A DNA stretch of 64,000 bases from Ostreococcus lucimarinus (lineage: Eukaryota), in NCBI GenBank assembly GCA_000092065.1, contig CP000591.1; one strand, 5' to 3'. Shown one piece after another: positions 30,016-38,124 of the stretch. Made by a program: the position numbers and the translations under genes. How positions within the stretch are numbered: position 1 is the stretch's first letter; each line of letters opens with the position of its first letter. The notes beneath the pieces were generated by a model that saw only the letters and a program-made list of their open reading frames with translations, was not told the origin of the DNA and did no database searches.

Positions 30016-30570
30016 CTACGCCCAAATCGTCGCGAACGCCTCTCGCAGACACCGCGCCTTCGCCACCGCTCGCCCGTCGAACCCGCACGCCCTCGCGATC
30101 GCCGCCGCCCGCGCCTTCCTTCCCTCCTCTGTGTTTTCATCGTAATCCAAGCTCGTTTTCTCCAACCCTCGTCGCACCGCGCTCGTCGGCACCGGCTGCG
30201 CGACGACGTCTCCGTTCGCCGTCTCCGGCGCGTACCCCTCCCCCGCGTCCATCGCCTCCGCCGTCTCCCCCATCGCCGCGCGTCCCTCGTCTCGCGCGCG
30301 CGCCGCGTACCGCGCGATCTCGCTCGCGTTCCGTCGCTTGTGCTCCGCGATCGCGCTCTCCGTCGCGCTCGCGTCGACGCCCTCCGTGAGGTTGAAGATC
30401 AATTCCTCCACCCGCTCGAGGTGATCGTTCCACGCGCGCAGGCTCTCGAAGTCCGACTGCCGCGCGTTGAACACCGCGAGGACGCGCTGTCGCGCGCGCG
30501 TCGCCCGCGCGAGGAGATCCATCGCGCGTCGCGCGTCGCGCGTCGCGCACTGCGGACGCGACCGGGACAC
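30016..30570 (-). CDS. Hypothetical protein
   Basis: 184-aa ORF, non-repetitive N-terminal half; no family recognised. Confidence 0.35.
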   Translation of the reverse strand: MSRSRPQCATRDARRAMDLLARATRARQRVLAVFNARQSDFESLRAWNDHLERVEELIFNLTEGVDASATESAIAEHKRRNASEIARYAARARDEGRAAMGETAEAMDAGEGYAPETANGDVVAQPVPTSAVRRGLEKTSLDYDENTEEGRKARAAAIARACGFDGRAVAKARCLREAFATIWA

Positions 30571-30578
30571 CGCGTCAC

Positions 30579-31127
30579 ATGTCGACGCCGGACGACGCCA
30601 TCGGCGAGCGCGCCGCGCGCGCGCTTCGCGCGCTCGTCGAGACGTACGCGTTCGACGTCGCGGACGCCCTGAGCGTCGTCCGCGCGCTGCCGACGAGCGA
30701 GGACGGGGACGATTTAGAAGATTTGAAGCGATGCGTCGACCGGCTGCTCGACGAGCGCGGGTGCGTCGATAACGGCGGGCCGGCGCTCGGGATGACGCGG
30801 ACGTGCGCGCACGGGGCGCGCGTCGACGCGAGGCGCGCGCGGGAGGCGTGCGAGGCGTGCGAGGCGTGCGGGACGAGGCGGGAGCTGTGGCGGTGCCTGA
30901 CGTGCGGCGACGCGTCGTGCGGGAGGTACGCGAACGGACACTCGAGGGCGCACGCGCGAGCGTCGGAGGGGGGGTGCGTCGTGATGCTGAGTTGGGACGA
31001 TCTGTCGGTGTGGTGCCACGAGTGCGAGAGCTACGTGGACCCGGAGAGCTCGGCGGCTTTGCGGGCGTGCGTCGCGGCGGCGGCGCTAGCCAAATTTGGC
31101 GACCGGGACGGCGGGGGGGCGGTTTAG
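30579..31127 (+). CDS. Stand-alone zinc-finger UBP-type (BUZ/ZnF-UBP) protein
   Basis: Cys/His pattern C..C..C..H...C..C..C..H...W.C..C (CEACEACGTRRELWRCLTCGDASCGRYANGHSRAH...WCHECESY). Confidence 0.65.
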   Translation: MSTPDDAIGERAARALRALVETYAFDVADALSVVRALPTSEDGDDLEDLKRCVDRLLDERGCVDNGGPALGMTRTCAHGARVDARRAREACEACEACGTRRELWRCLTCGDASCGRYANGHSRAHARASEGGCVVMLSWDDLSVWCHECESYVDPESSAALRACVAAAALAKFGDRDGGGAV

Positions 31128-31227
31128 GTTAGACGACGGGAGGGGACGCGCGGCGCGGTGGACGGTGAAAATGCGCTAGTTTAGTGCTGTAATTTCAATG
31201 TATCTTCGCTAGTGAGTGTCGTGGGTT

Positions 31228-34200
31228 CTAGTTTTCGGGGTCTTCGCGGGTCTCCCCCATTTTCGCCATTCGGTCGATGCGGCGTCCCATGTTGTACAAG
31301 GCATCCTGCGTGTAACGCGGCATGTCGGCCCAGAAGTGGTACTCAGACTTGGCCAAGTCTGGATCGTCAAACATCACGCTGTAGCTGAGATCATGCGGGG
31401 TCGGTTTCCAACCTTCACCCGACCATTTCTCGGCGTAGCGCGCGATCTCGGCTTCGCACGCTTCGACGCGACGCTTGTCGAATTCGCTCAACTCTTCTCC
31501 GGCATCGCGTTTCGCCTCGATTGAACTCAGGATGCCGCGTAACTCGATGGTTCTATCGTCATCGGCTTCTCTGCAAACGCGAATGACCTCTTTGACGCGC
31601 CACTCCGGATCCTCCTTGTCAGTTTCTTGAATCGCCAGGTGATTCCACGTGTGACTCGGCGAAACCTCGTATTGCCACTTTTGGATCGATTGTTCACTGA
31701 ATGGACGCAAGTATTCGCCGAGGCCGGTAGCCTGCTTGAAAGTCTCAGCATTTCTAAATTTGGGCTCATCTTTTGTGATGTCGACGTTGTAGTATTTGGC
31801 CGCGGCTTTGATTTTCTCCTTCGGATCTGCAATCGAACGCATTCCGATGAGGTCCTCCGTCGCCTCCGTGGGAAGGACTTTCGCGGGCGTATCCGGTCCA
31901 ATCGTCGAGAACTCACCCTTGGGTGGATGAGCCGCGAGGATTTCTTCGAACTCGGCCAAAGAAAGCGTCTCGTTTTCAATCAAGCGATCCACCATCGCGT
32001 TGACTGCGTCCTCGTGCGCGGCGATGATCGCCAAACAGTTTGCCTCCGCTTCTTGAAGAATCTGAACCATCTTGCGCTCGGCGTATTGATAGTGATCGGG
32101 GACTACCTCTCTGATCGGACCTGCAATCGTCAACAGTTCGTCCAAGGGCATCAACTCTCCAGATTTAGACACCGCACCTTGCAAGCGCGCCACTCGTCTC
32201 TCCGACTTGTTCAAATGCTTCGGGTCGTATGTGTACGTCGTCATCATGCCGGGCTGCCCCAAGCCAAAGTTTACGATCATATTTCGAAGCAAATCATTCG
32301 CTTCGCAAACATCTTCCGAACCGCGAGTGCTCGCCTCTCCAAACAACACTTTTTCGCAGGAGCGGCCCGCGAGCAAAACTTGCACGCGCTCGCACATTCG
32401 CGCGCGCGTAGGATATCGGTAATCCTCGTCACGCTTTCTCTGGATCAGCGTAATCGCTGGCTCGAAACCTCGCGGAATGATGGAAATCATCTCGATGTCT
32501 TCGATGAGACCGTTGCTCTTATGGAGCAAGTTCTGGACCAGGGCGTGGCCGACTTCGTGCGCCGCGAGTTTGCGCGTCGTCACGCTTTCCTTGGGGTGTG
32601 CTGTAAGACGAATGCCGCTCACGACGCGCTCAACGGCATCCAAGACGTCGTGCTCTTCGATCTGTTCACCCTGGCGTCGCACGCAGTGCACCGCGGCTTC
32701 GTTGCAAATGTTTGCAATCTCGGCGCCCGACAAACCGGGAAGGTTCTGCGCCAATCGCTTGGTGTCAATTTCTGGGTTGCAGTTTCGCTTGGACAAGTGA
32801 ATCTGCAAAATCTTAGCCCGTGCCTCGACGTTTGGAAGGCCGACGCGAACTTTACGATCGAATCGACCTGGCCGCAACAGCGCGGGATCGAGTAAATCGG
32901 CTCGGTTTGTCGCGCCGATGAAGACGACGCCAGTGTCTGGCGTGAAACCATCCATCTCCGTGAGAAGCTGATTCAGCGTTTGTTCGTGCTCTTCCGTGCC
33001 ACGCGTGCCAGCAGCGGCGCGTTTCGTGCCTAACGCATCGATTTCGTCGACGAATATCAAGCACGGCGCGTTGATGCGCGCGCGTTTAAATAAATCTCTC
33101 ACTCGAGCCGCGCCGACGCCGACGATGATTTCAACAAACTCAGAGCCAGACATGGAGTAGAACGGCACTTTGGCTTCACCCGCGATCGCCTTCGCGATCA
33201 GCGTCTTACCAACGCCCGGGCCTCCTTCCATGAGCAAACCCTTGGGGGGCCTAGCGCCAACCTTGGCGAAACGCTCGGGTTCCTTTAAAAAGGCGACGAC
33301 TTCCTCCAAATCTTCTATGATGTTCTCCAACCCACCAACGTCTTCCAAAGTCACGTCCACCGTGCCGTCTCGCCTCGCACCCGCGCGGGACTGCGCAAAC
33401 TGCATCGCCTGGAACTGATCTTGCGGCACCGACGTCCTACGGACGATGCCCAAGTAAATCGAACCGATCATAAACGCCAAGCCGCCGACGGAGTACGCCA
33501 AAAACTCCATCCCACTGTACGACGACGGTCGCCATTTCTGATGATACGTGTACCACGTCCCGAGTCTATCGCATTTGTCCAACAGCGCGGCGTCCATCGT
33601 GTTGGTCAGCGTGTTGAGGTAGTACTGCTTCCCCTTCGACCCCTTCATGGTGACCAAGTAATACCTCGATCGCGGAATCTTTCGCAACCTCTCCGGTGGG
33701 AACCACCCAAACTGCGGCGCGTCCCACACCTGAAACGACTTCACCAGTCCTTTATCCACCGCCCGCACGAATTCTTGCATCGTCATCTCATCGTACGACT
33801 TCCAATTCGGCTCCTCGTCGATCGGCGCTCCCAAGCTCTGCGTGCTCACGTAGTCGCTCGTCCCCTTCACGTCCCCCTCCATCGGCCCTTTCTTCGCCAT
33901 TCTCCGCTTCGCCTTCTCACTGAACAGCTTATACTGCTCATCCTGCTCGCGCTGCATCTGCTGAAACTCCTCGTCCGTCATCCCTCGCGGTTTCACCAAC
34001 CCTCTCGCGCGCGTCCTCTCGCCTCGCCGTCCGCTCGCCTCCGCGTCCCGTCCTCGCCCTCTCGCGCGCACCACTCGCCTCGTCACCGTTCCCGCGCCCA
34101 CCGCGCGCGCGAACGCCCGTCCATCGTCGTCTTCACCGCGCGCGTCCCCGCCGCCGTCCCGCGTCGTCGCCATCGCGCCCACCGTCCGTCGCCGCCCTTC

Positions 34201-34299
34201 GCGCCCTGACCTACGTCCCGCGCCTTCGTTCGCGCGTCGCGCTCGATCGCATCGCGTCGCCGCCGCGCGCGGTCGCGCAGTCGCGCGCGCGCTCGACAT
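31228..34299 (-). CDS. FtsH-like AAA+ zinc metalloprotease (M41) with long N- and C-terminal extensions, single TM
   Basis: Walker A GGPGVGKTL, Walker B IFVDEIDALG, SRH, HEXXH zinc site HEVGHALV, TM FLAYSVGGLAFMIGSIYLGIV; 1023 aa. Confidence 0.9.
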   Translation of the reverse strand: MSSARATARPRAAATRCDRARRANEGAGRRSGREGRRRTVGAMATTRDGGGDARGEDDDGRAFARAVGAGTVTRRVVRARGRGRDAEASGRRGERTRARGLVKPRGMTDEEFQQMQREQDEQYKLFSEKAKRRMAKKGPMEGDVKGTSDYVSTQSLGAPIDEEPNWKSYDEMTMQEFVRAVDKGLVKSFQVWDAPQFGWFPPERLRKIPRSRYYLVTMKGSKGKQYYLNTLTNTMDAALLDKCDRLGTWYTYHQKWRPSSYSGMEFLAYSVGGLAFMIGSIYLGIVRRTSVPQDQFQAMQFAQSRAGARRDGTVDVTLEDVGGLENIIEDLEEVVAFLKEPERFAKVGARPPKGLLMEGGPGVGKTLIAKAIAGEAKVPFYSMSGSEFVEIIVGVGAARVRDLFKRARINAPCLIFVDEIDALGTKRAAAGTRGTEEHEQTLNQLLTEMDGFTPDTGVVFIGATNRADLLDPALLRPGRFDRKVRVGLPNVEARAKILQIHLSKRNCNPEIDTKRLAQNLPGLSGAEIANICNEAAVHCVRRQGEQIEEHDVLDAVERVVSGIRLTAHPKESVTTRKLAAHEVGHALVQNLLHKSNGLIEDIEMISIIPRGFEPAITLIQRKRDEDYRYPTRARMCERVQVLLAGRSCEKVLFGEASTRGSEDVCEANDLLRNMIVNFGLGQPGMMTTYTYDPKHLNKSERRVARLQGAVSKSGELMPLDELLTIAGPIREVVPDHYQYAERKMVQILQEAEANCLAIIAAHEDAVNAMVDRLIENETLSLAEFEEILAAHPPKGEFSTIGPDTPAKVLPTEATEDLIGMRSIADPKEKIKAAAKYYNVDITKDEPKFRNAETFKQATGLGEYLRPFSEQSIQKWQYEVSPSHTWNHLAIQETDKEDPEWRVKEVIRVCREADDDRTIELRGILSSIEAKRDAGEELSEFDKRRVEACEAEIARYAEKWSGEGWKPTPHDLSYSVMFDDPDLAKSEYHFWADMPRYTQDALYNMGRRIDRMAKMGETREDPEN

Positions 34300-34394
34300 C
34301 GCGCGCGTCGGATCGCTCGGCGCCGCGCGTCGCGCGTCGCGCCGCGGTGCGCGCGCGTCGATCGAATCCGCGCGAGGTTTTCGACGGCGCGATG

Positions 34395-34460
34395 TGGTCC
34401 GTGTGTTTCATTAATGAGTCTCGCCGTGCTGGTCCGTGTGTTTCATTAATGAGTCTCGCC
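34395..34460. promoter_or_regulatory. Tandem duplicated 31-bp motif (tggtccgtgtgtttcattaatgagtctcgcc x2, 4-bp spacer) in FtsH/USP bidirectional promoter
   Basis: Exact direct repeat seen in sequence at 34395-34425 and 34430-34460, AT-richer than surroundings. Confidence 0.6.
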
Positions 34461-34639
34461 GCGCGCGTCGTCGCGCGGCGTCGCCGACGCGCGCGGCGGA
34501 CGGCGGCGCGTCGAGACGACGGGCGCGATCGCGCGCGTGCGAACGTCGAGCGCGCGACGCGCGCGACGGCGCGGACGAACGATCGGATCGGAAAGGATTC
34601 GAATAGGACGTCGCGGACTTTGATTCGACGTGATTTGAT

Positions 34640-36412
34640 TTGATTTCGAAACGGGACGGCGAGACAGACGACGCGCGCGACGAGGGCGCGGCGAGGATGG
34701 ATTCGGTGACGTCGGTGTTTGGAAATTGGTTCTCGAGCGCGCGGGACGACGGGAGCGAGAGCGACGACGGGAGCGATGCGGCGGCGCGGGAGGCGGGATC
34801 AGAGAAGAGCGACGACGCGCGGGACGAGGACGGGGCGACGAGGGCGGACGAGGACGCGGAGGCGAGGGCGTTGCTGCCGCCGGCGACGACGCTGCATCCG
34901 TACGAGGACGTCAGACGATCGGTGGAGGGATTAGGGACGAGGAGACACGATCACGATTATCCGTCGGGGCTGACGAACGGGGGGAACACGTGCTTCGCGG
35001 CGTCGGCGTTGCAGTGCTTGCGACGGGCGACGCCGCTCACGGCGTGGTTCGACGGCGTGGAAAAGTTTCACGACGTCGCGCGGTGCGCGGAGACGAGGAA
35101 GTTTTGCGTGGTGTGCGAGTATTCGCAACATTTGGAACGCGCGATGGCGTCGAGGGACGCGCACAGCATAGGGAGGTTGACGAAGGACATTAGCAAGGTG
35201 GCGAGACAGTTTAGACGCGGGCGGCAGGAGGATTCGCACGAGTTCATCAACGCGCTGTTGGACGCGATGCACGTGATTTTTTTGAAGGATCTCGGAGGAG
35301 AGAAGAAGTACGATTTGCGCACGCGAGAGACGACGGTCATTTATCACGTCTTCGGTGGGTATACCCTGGGCACGGTGAAGTGCTTGGAGTGCGGGTACGT
35401 GAGCAAGAATTTTCAAAGCACGCTCGACATTCCGCTCGAGGTGACGGGAAAGATTGGCTCCGTCGAGGAGGCGCTTCGAGAAAACTTTTGCACGGAGGAA
35501 GTCCTCAGTGGTTCGAACAAGTACAAGTGCTCGAAGTGCAAGGCGTTGGTACGGGCGAAGAAGGGATCGAAAATCCACGTGTCGCCGAATATTTTAACCA
35601 TTCCTCTAAAACGGTACTCCACTGGACGGTTCAGCAAGATTACAAAGTACATCAAGTATCCGTCCAACTTTTCGCTGGCTGAGTTCATGAGCGATGATGC
35701 CCCGTATGAAGTCACGGCTCCAGAGTATGAGCTTTTCGGTGTATTGGTTCATCAAGACTTTTACGCCAGCGCGCACTCTGGACATTACGTGGCGTACGTA
35801 AAGTTGCGAGACGATTCCTGGGTGCTGTGCAACGATAGTCGCGTGTCGCCGTCTTCCGAAAAGGATGCGATGAAGCAAAAGGCGTACATATTGTTCTACG
35901 AGCGCGTGCACGCGAGAGGTGCACCACCATTGCGCCCGGCGGGATACTTGGACGAGCTCCGAGCGGCGCGCGACGCCGAACGTGCGGCGACGGCGATGAA
36001 GTGCGAAGACGCGGGGGAGGAACAGTTGACTTCTCGGTTCGATTCGATGAGTGTGAGCGCCACCGCGGTAGATACGGTGAGCGCTTCGTCGACGCGTCCT
36101 ACGAGATCTCCCGTCGTTGTCGCCGAGGAGGTCTCCGAGGAACCGTCAGTGCACATGGAAACGGTGAACGTCGAAAACGGTCGAGAGTTGCGCGTATCGG
36201 TCACTTTGCCTGGTTGTCGCAGCGCTCGCGATATCGAAGTCGAGCTCAGCATGGGGCAGCACGATGTGCCGTCATCGCTTATTATCAAGGCCCCAATGTT
36301 GTACGCGACGCCGGTGAAGGTTCACCTGCCGCCGAACGTGGAAGATCCCGTGAAGAGCTCGTTCGTGCGCAAGACGTCAGAGTATCGCGTGCGGTTTCCG
36401 GTTCGCGAGTGA
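34640..36412 (+). CDS. Ubiquitin carboxyl-terminal hydrolase (USP, peptidase C19)
   Basis: Cys box GLTNGGNTCFAASALQCL, His box HSGHYVAYVKL ... WVLCNDSRV; acidic N-terminus. Confidence 0.9.
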   Translation: MISKRDGETDDARDEGAARMDSVTSVFGNWFSSARDDGSESDDGSDAAAREAGSEKSDDARDEDGATRADEDAEARALLPPATTLHPYEDVRRSVEGLGTRRHDHDYPSGLTNGGNTCFAASALQCLRRATPLTAWFDGVEKFHDVARCAETRKFCVVCEYSQHLERAMASRDAHSIGRLTKDISKVARQFRRGRQEDSHEFINALLDAMHVIFLKDLGGEKKYDLRTRETTVIYHVFGGYTLGTVKCLECGYVSKNFQSTLDIPLEVTGKIGSVEEALRENFCTEEVLSGSNKYKCSKCKALVRAKKGSKIHVSPNILTIPLKRYSTGRFSKITKYIKYPSNFSLAEFMSDDAPYEVTAPEYELFGVLVHQDFYASAHSGHYVAYVKLRDDSWVLCNDSRVSPSSEKDAMKQKAYILFYERVHARGAPPLRPAGYLDELRAARDAERAATAMKCEDAGEEQLTSRFDSMSVSATAVDTVSASSTRPTRSPVVVAEEVSEEPSVHMETVNVENGRELRVSVTLPGCRSARDIEVELSMGQHDVPSSLIIKAPMLYATPVKVHLPPNVEDPVKSSFVRKTSEYRVRFPVRE

Positions 36413-36506
36413 CGCTGAGTAAAATATTTAGACTGTAACAACAAAGTACTGTATTGCAGTAACATTAAATGCAGCAAAACGTGGATAAAACGTGGATAAG
36501 ATGAAC

Positions 36507-37334
36507 CTACTTTTTCAAGAGCGCCAAAAACGCGTCGACGCACGCCTTGGACGATGCGGGATTTTGACCGGTGACGAGCTTGCCGTCGGTGACGGCGTTG
36601 GGCGTCCAGTCGGCGGCGCCGTTGAATTGCGCGCCCAATTTCTTGAACTCGGTCTCGAGCAAGACGGGCACCTTCTCCGCCAACCCAACCGCGGTTTCCT
36701 CGGCGTCCGTGAAGCACGTCGCGTTCGTCCCCTTCAGAATCGAGTCGCCGTTGGGCTTTTTACACGCCAACAGCGCCACCGGGCCGTGGCAATCCGCCGC
36801 CACCGGCTTATCCGCGGCCAGCGTCTCTTCGATCACGCGCGTCAACGTCGCGTTATTCAAGAAATCGACGCACGTCCCGTGACCACCGGCGAGATAAATC
36901 CCAGCGTAATGCCCGGATTTCACGCCCTTCAAAGCCTTGGCGTTCGCCAACGCCTTCTTCGCGTCCTCGTCGTCGTAAAACTTTTGACAATCCGCGGTAA
37001 AGAAATCCCCCGACTCGCTCGCGGAATCGATCGGCACCTTCCCGCCCTTCACGGACACGACGTCCACCGCGAATCCGGCGTCGAGCAGCGCGTAATACGG
37101 CGTCGCGATCTCCTCGAGCCACGCCCCCGTCGCGTGTCCATCCACTGTTCGATTCGCGCGCGCCGTCAGTCGTCGTCGTCGTCGCGTCGCGTCGCGTCGC
37201 ACGCACTGGAATCCGCGGACGTGCACACGATGGCGATCGTCCGCTCGCGTCGTTTCGATTGCTTCCCGCCCATGGCGCGCGCGACGAGTTTTGCGGGCGT
37301 CGGCATTCGCATCGCGATCGATCGCGAATCGCAT
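36507..37334 (-). CDS. DJ-1/PfpI family protein, Hsp31/glyoxalase-III-like (class I glutamine amidotransferase-like fold)
   Basis: Motifs AGIYLAGGHG and AADCHGPVALL (nucleophile-elbow Cys), about 275 aa with presequence. Confidence 0.8.
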   Translation of the reverse strand: MRFAIDRDANADARKTRRARHGREAIETTRADDRHRVHVRGFQCVRRDATRRRRRLTARANRTVDGHATGAWLEEIATPYYALLDAGFAVDVVSVKGGKVPIDSASESGDFFTADCQKFYDDEDAKKALANAKALKGVKSGHYAGIYLAGGHGTCVDFLNNATLTRVIEETLAADKPVAADCHGPVALLACKKPNGDSILKGTNATCFTDAEETAVGLAEKVPVLLETEFKKLGAQFNGAADWTPNAVTDGKLVTGQNPASSKACVDAFLALLKK

Positions 37335-37494
37335 CGAATTCCGACGTCGACGAGGTCGCGACGCGCGCGCCCGTCGGTCGCGCGACGTCGCGCGCGGGCG
37401 CGCGGGCGGGCGATTTTTTTAGGTTGAAACCTAACGCAAACTAGGTTTTCCACTCGTAGGATATTTTTCTCGGCGCGTCGTTCGAGGCGACGCG

Positions 37495-38091
37495 GTGTCG
37501 ACGGGACGCGAAACGACACAACGACCGCCCGTCACCTCGCGACGCGCGAAACGCTCGCGCGCGATGACGCTCGCGGACGCGCGCGACGGGGACGCGGCGT
37601 TCGAAGCGAACAGAGTCGCCGGGAACGCGGCGTACGACCGCGAGGCGTTCGTCGAGGCGACGGCGCGCTACACGGAGTGCGTCGAAGCGCTGGAGAAACG
37701 CCTCGGTTCGGCGGAGGGCGAAGGCACGGCGCGGCGCGCGTGCGCGATTCGCGCGAACCGCGCGGCGTGTTTCGTGAAGCGCGGTAAGCACGCGCTCGCG
37801 ATGGAGGACGCGTCGTGGGTGATCGCGCGACCGCTCGAGGCGGGGGCGGGGATTCTCGCCAAGGCGCTGTACAGGCGCGCGCGCGCGCGCGAAGGCGTCG
37901 GCGACGTCGAGGCGGCGTTGGCCGATTTGCGGGCGGCGGAAAAGATCGATCCACACGATGCGTTGATTCAAAGCGCATTGAATAATTTCACGTCGGTGTT
38001 CCACATCGCCGTCGTTCTCGATAGAGCGTCGCCGGAGGTGCTCGCGAGACAGCCCGCGTGGCGAAATTTCAAGCCAGAGACGAGGCCGTAG
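37495..38091 (+). CDS. TPR-repeat protein (TTC1/Sti1-like small co-chaperone-type)
   Basis: Three TPR-like helices (NRVAGNAAYDREAFVEATARY, ANRAACFVKRGKHALAMEDA, AKALYRRARAREGVGDVEAALADL). Confidence 0.6.
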   Translation: MSTGRETTQRPPVTSRRAKRSRAMTLADARDGDAAFEANRVAGNAAYDREAFVEATARYTECVEALEKRLGSAEGEGTARRACAIRANRAACFVKRGKHALAMEDASWVIARPLEAGAGILAKALYRRARAREGVGDVEAALADLRAAEKIDPHDALIQSALNNFTSVFHIAVVLDRASPEVLARQPAWRNFKPETRP

Positions 38092-38124
38092 ATGAGCCGC
38101 GCTCGCAACTGCAGTTCGCTTAAA

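Noticed and set aside
31627-32895. 422-aa plus-strand ORF
   Set aside because: Antisense to FtsH-like gene whose motifs are unambiguous
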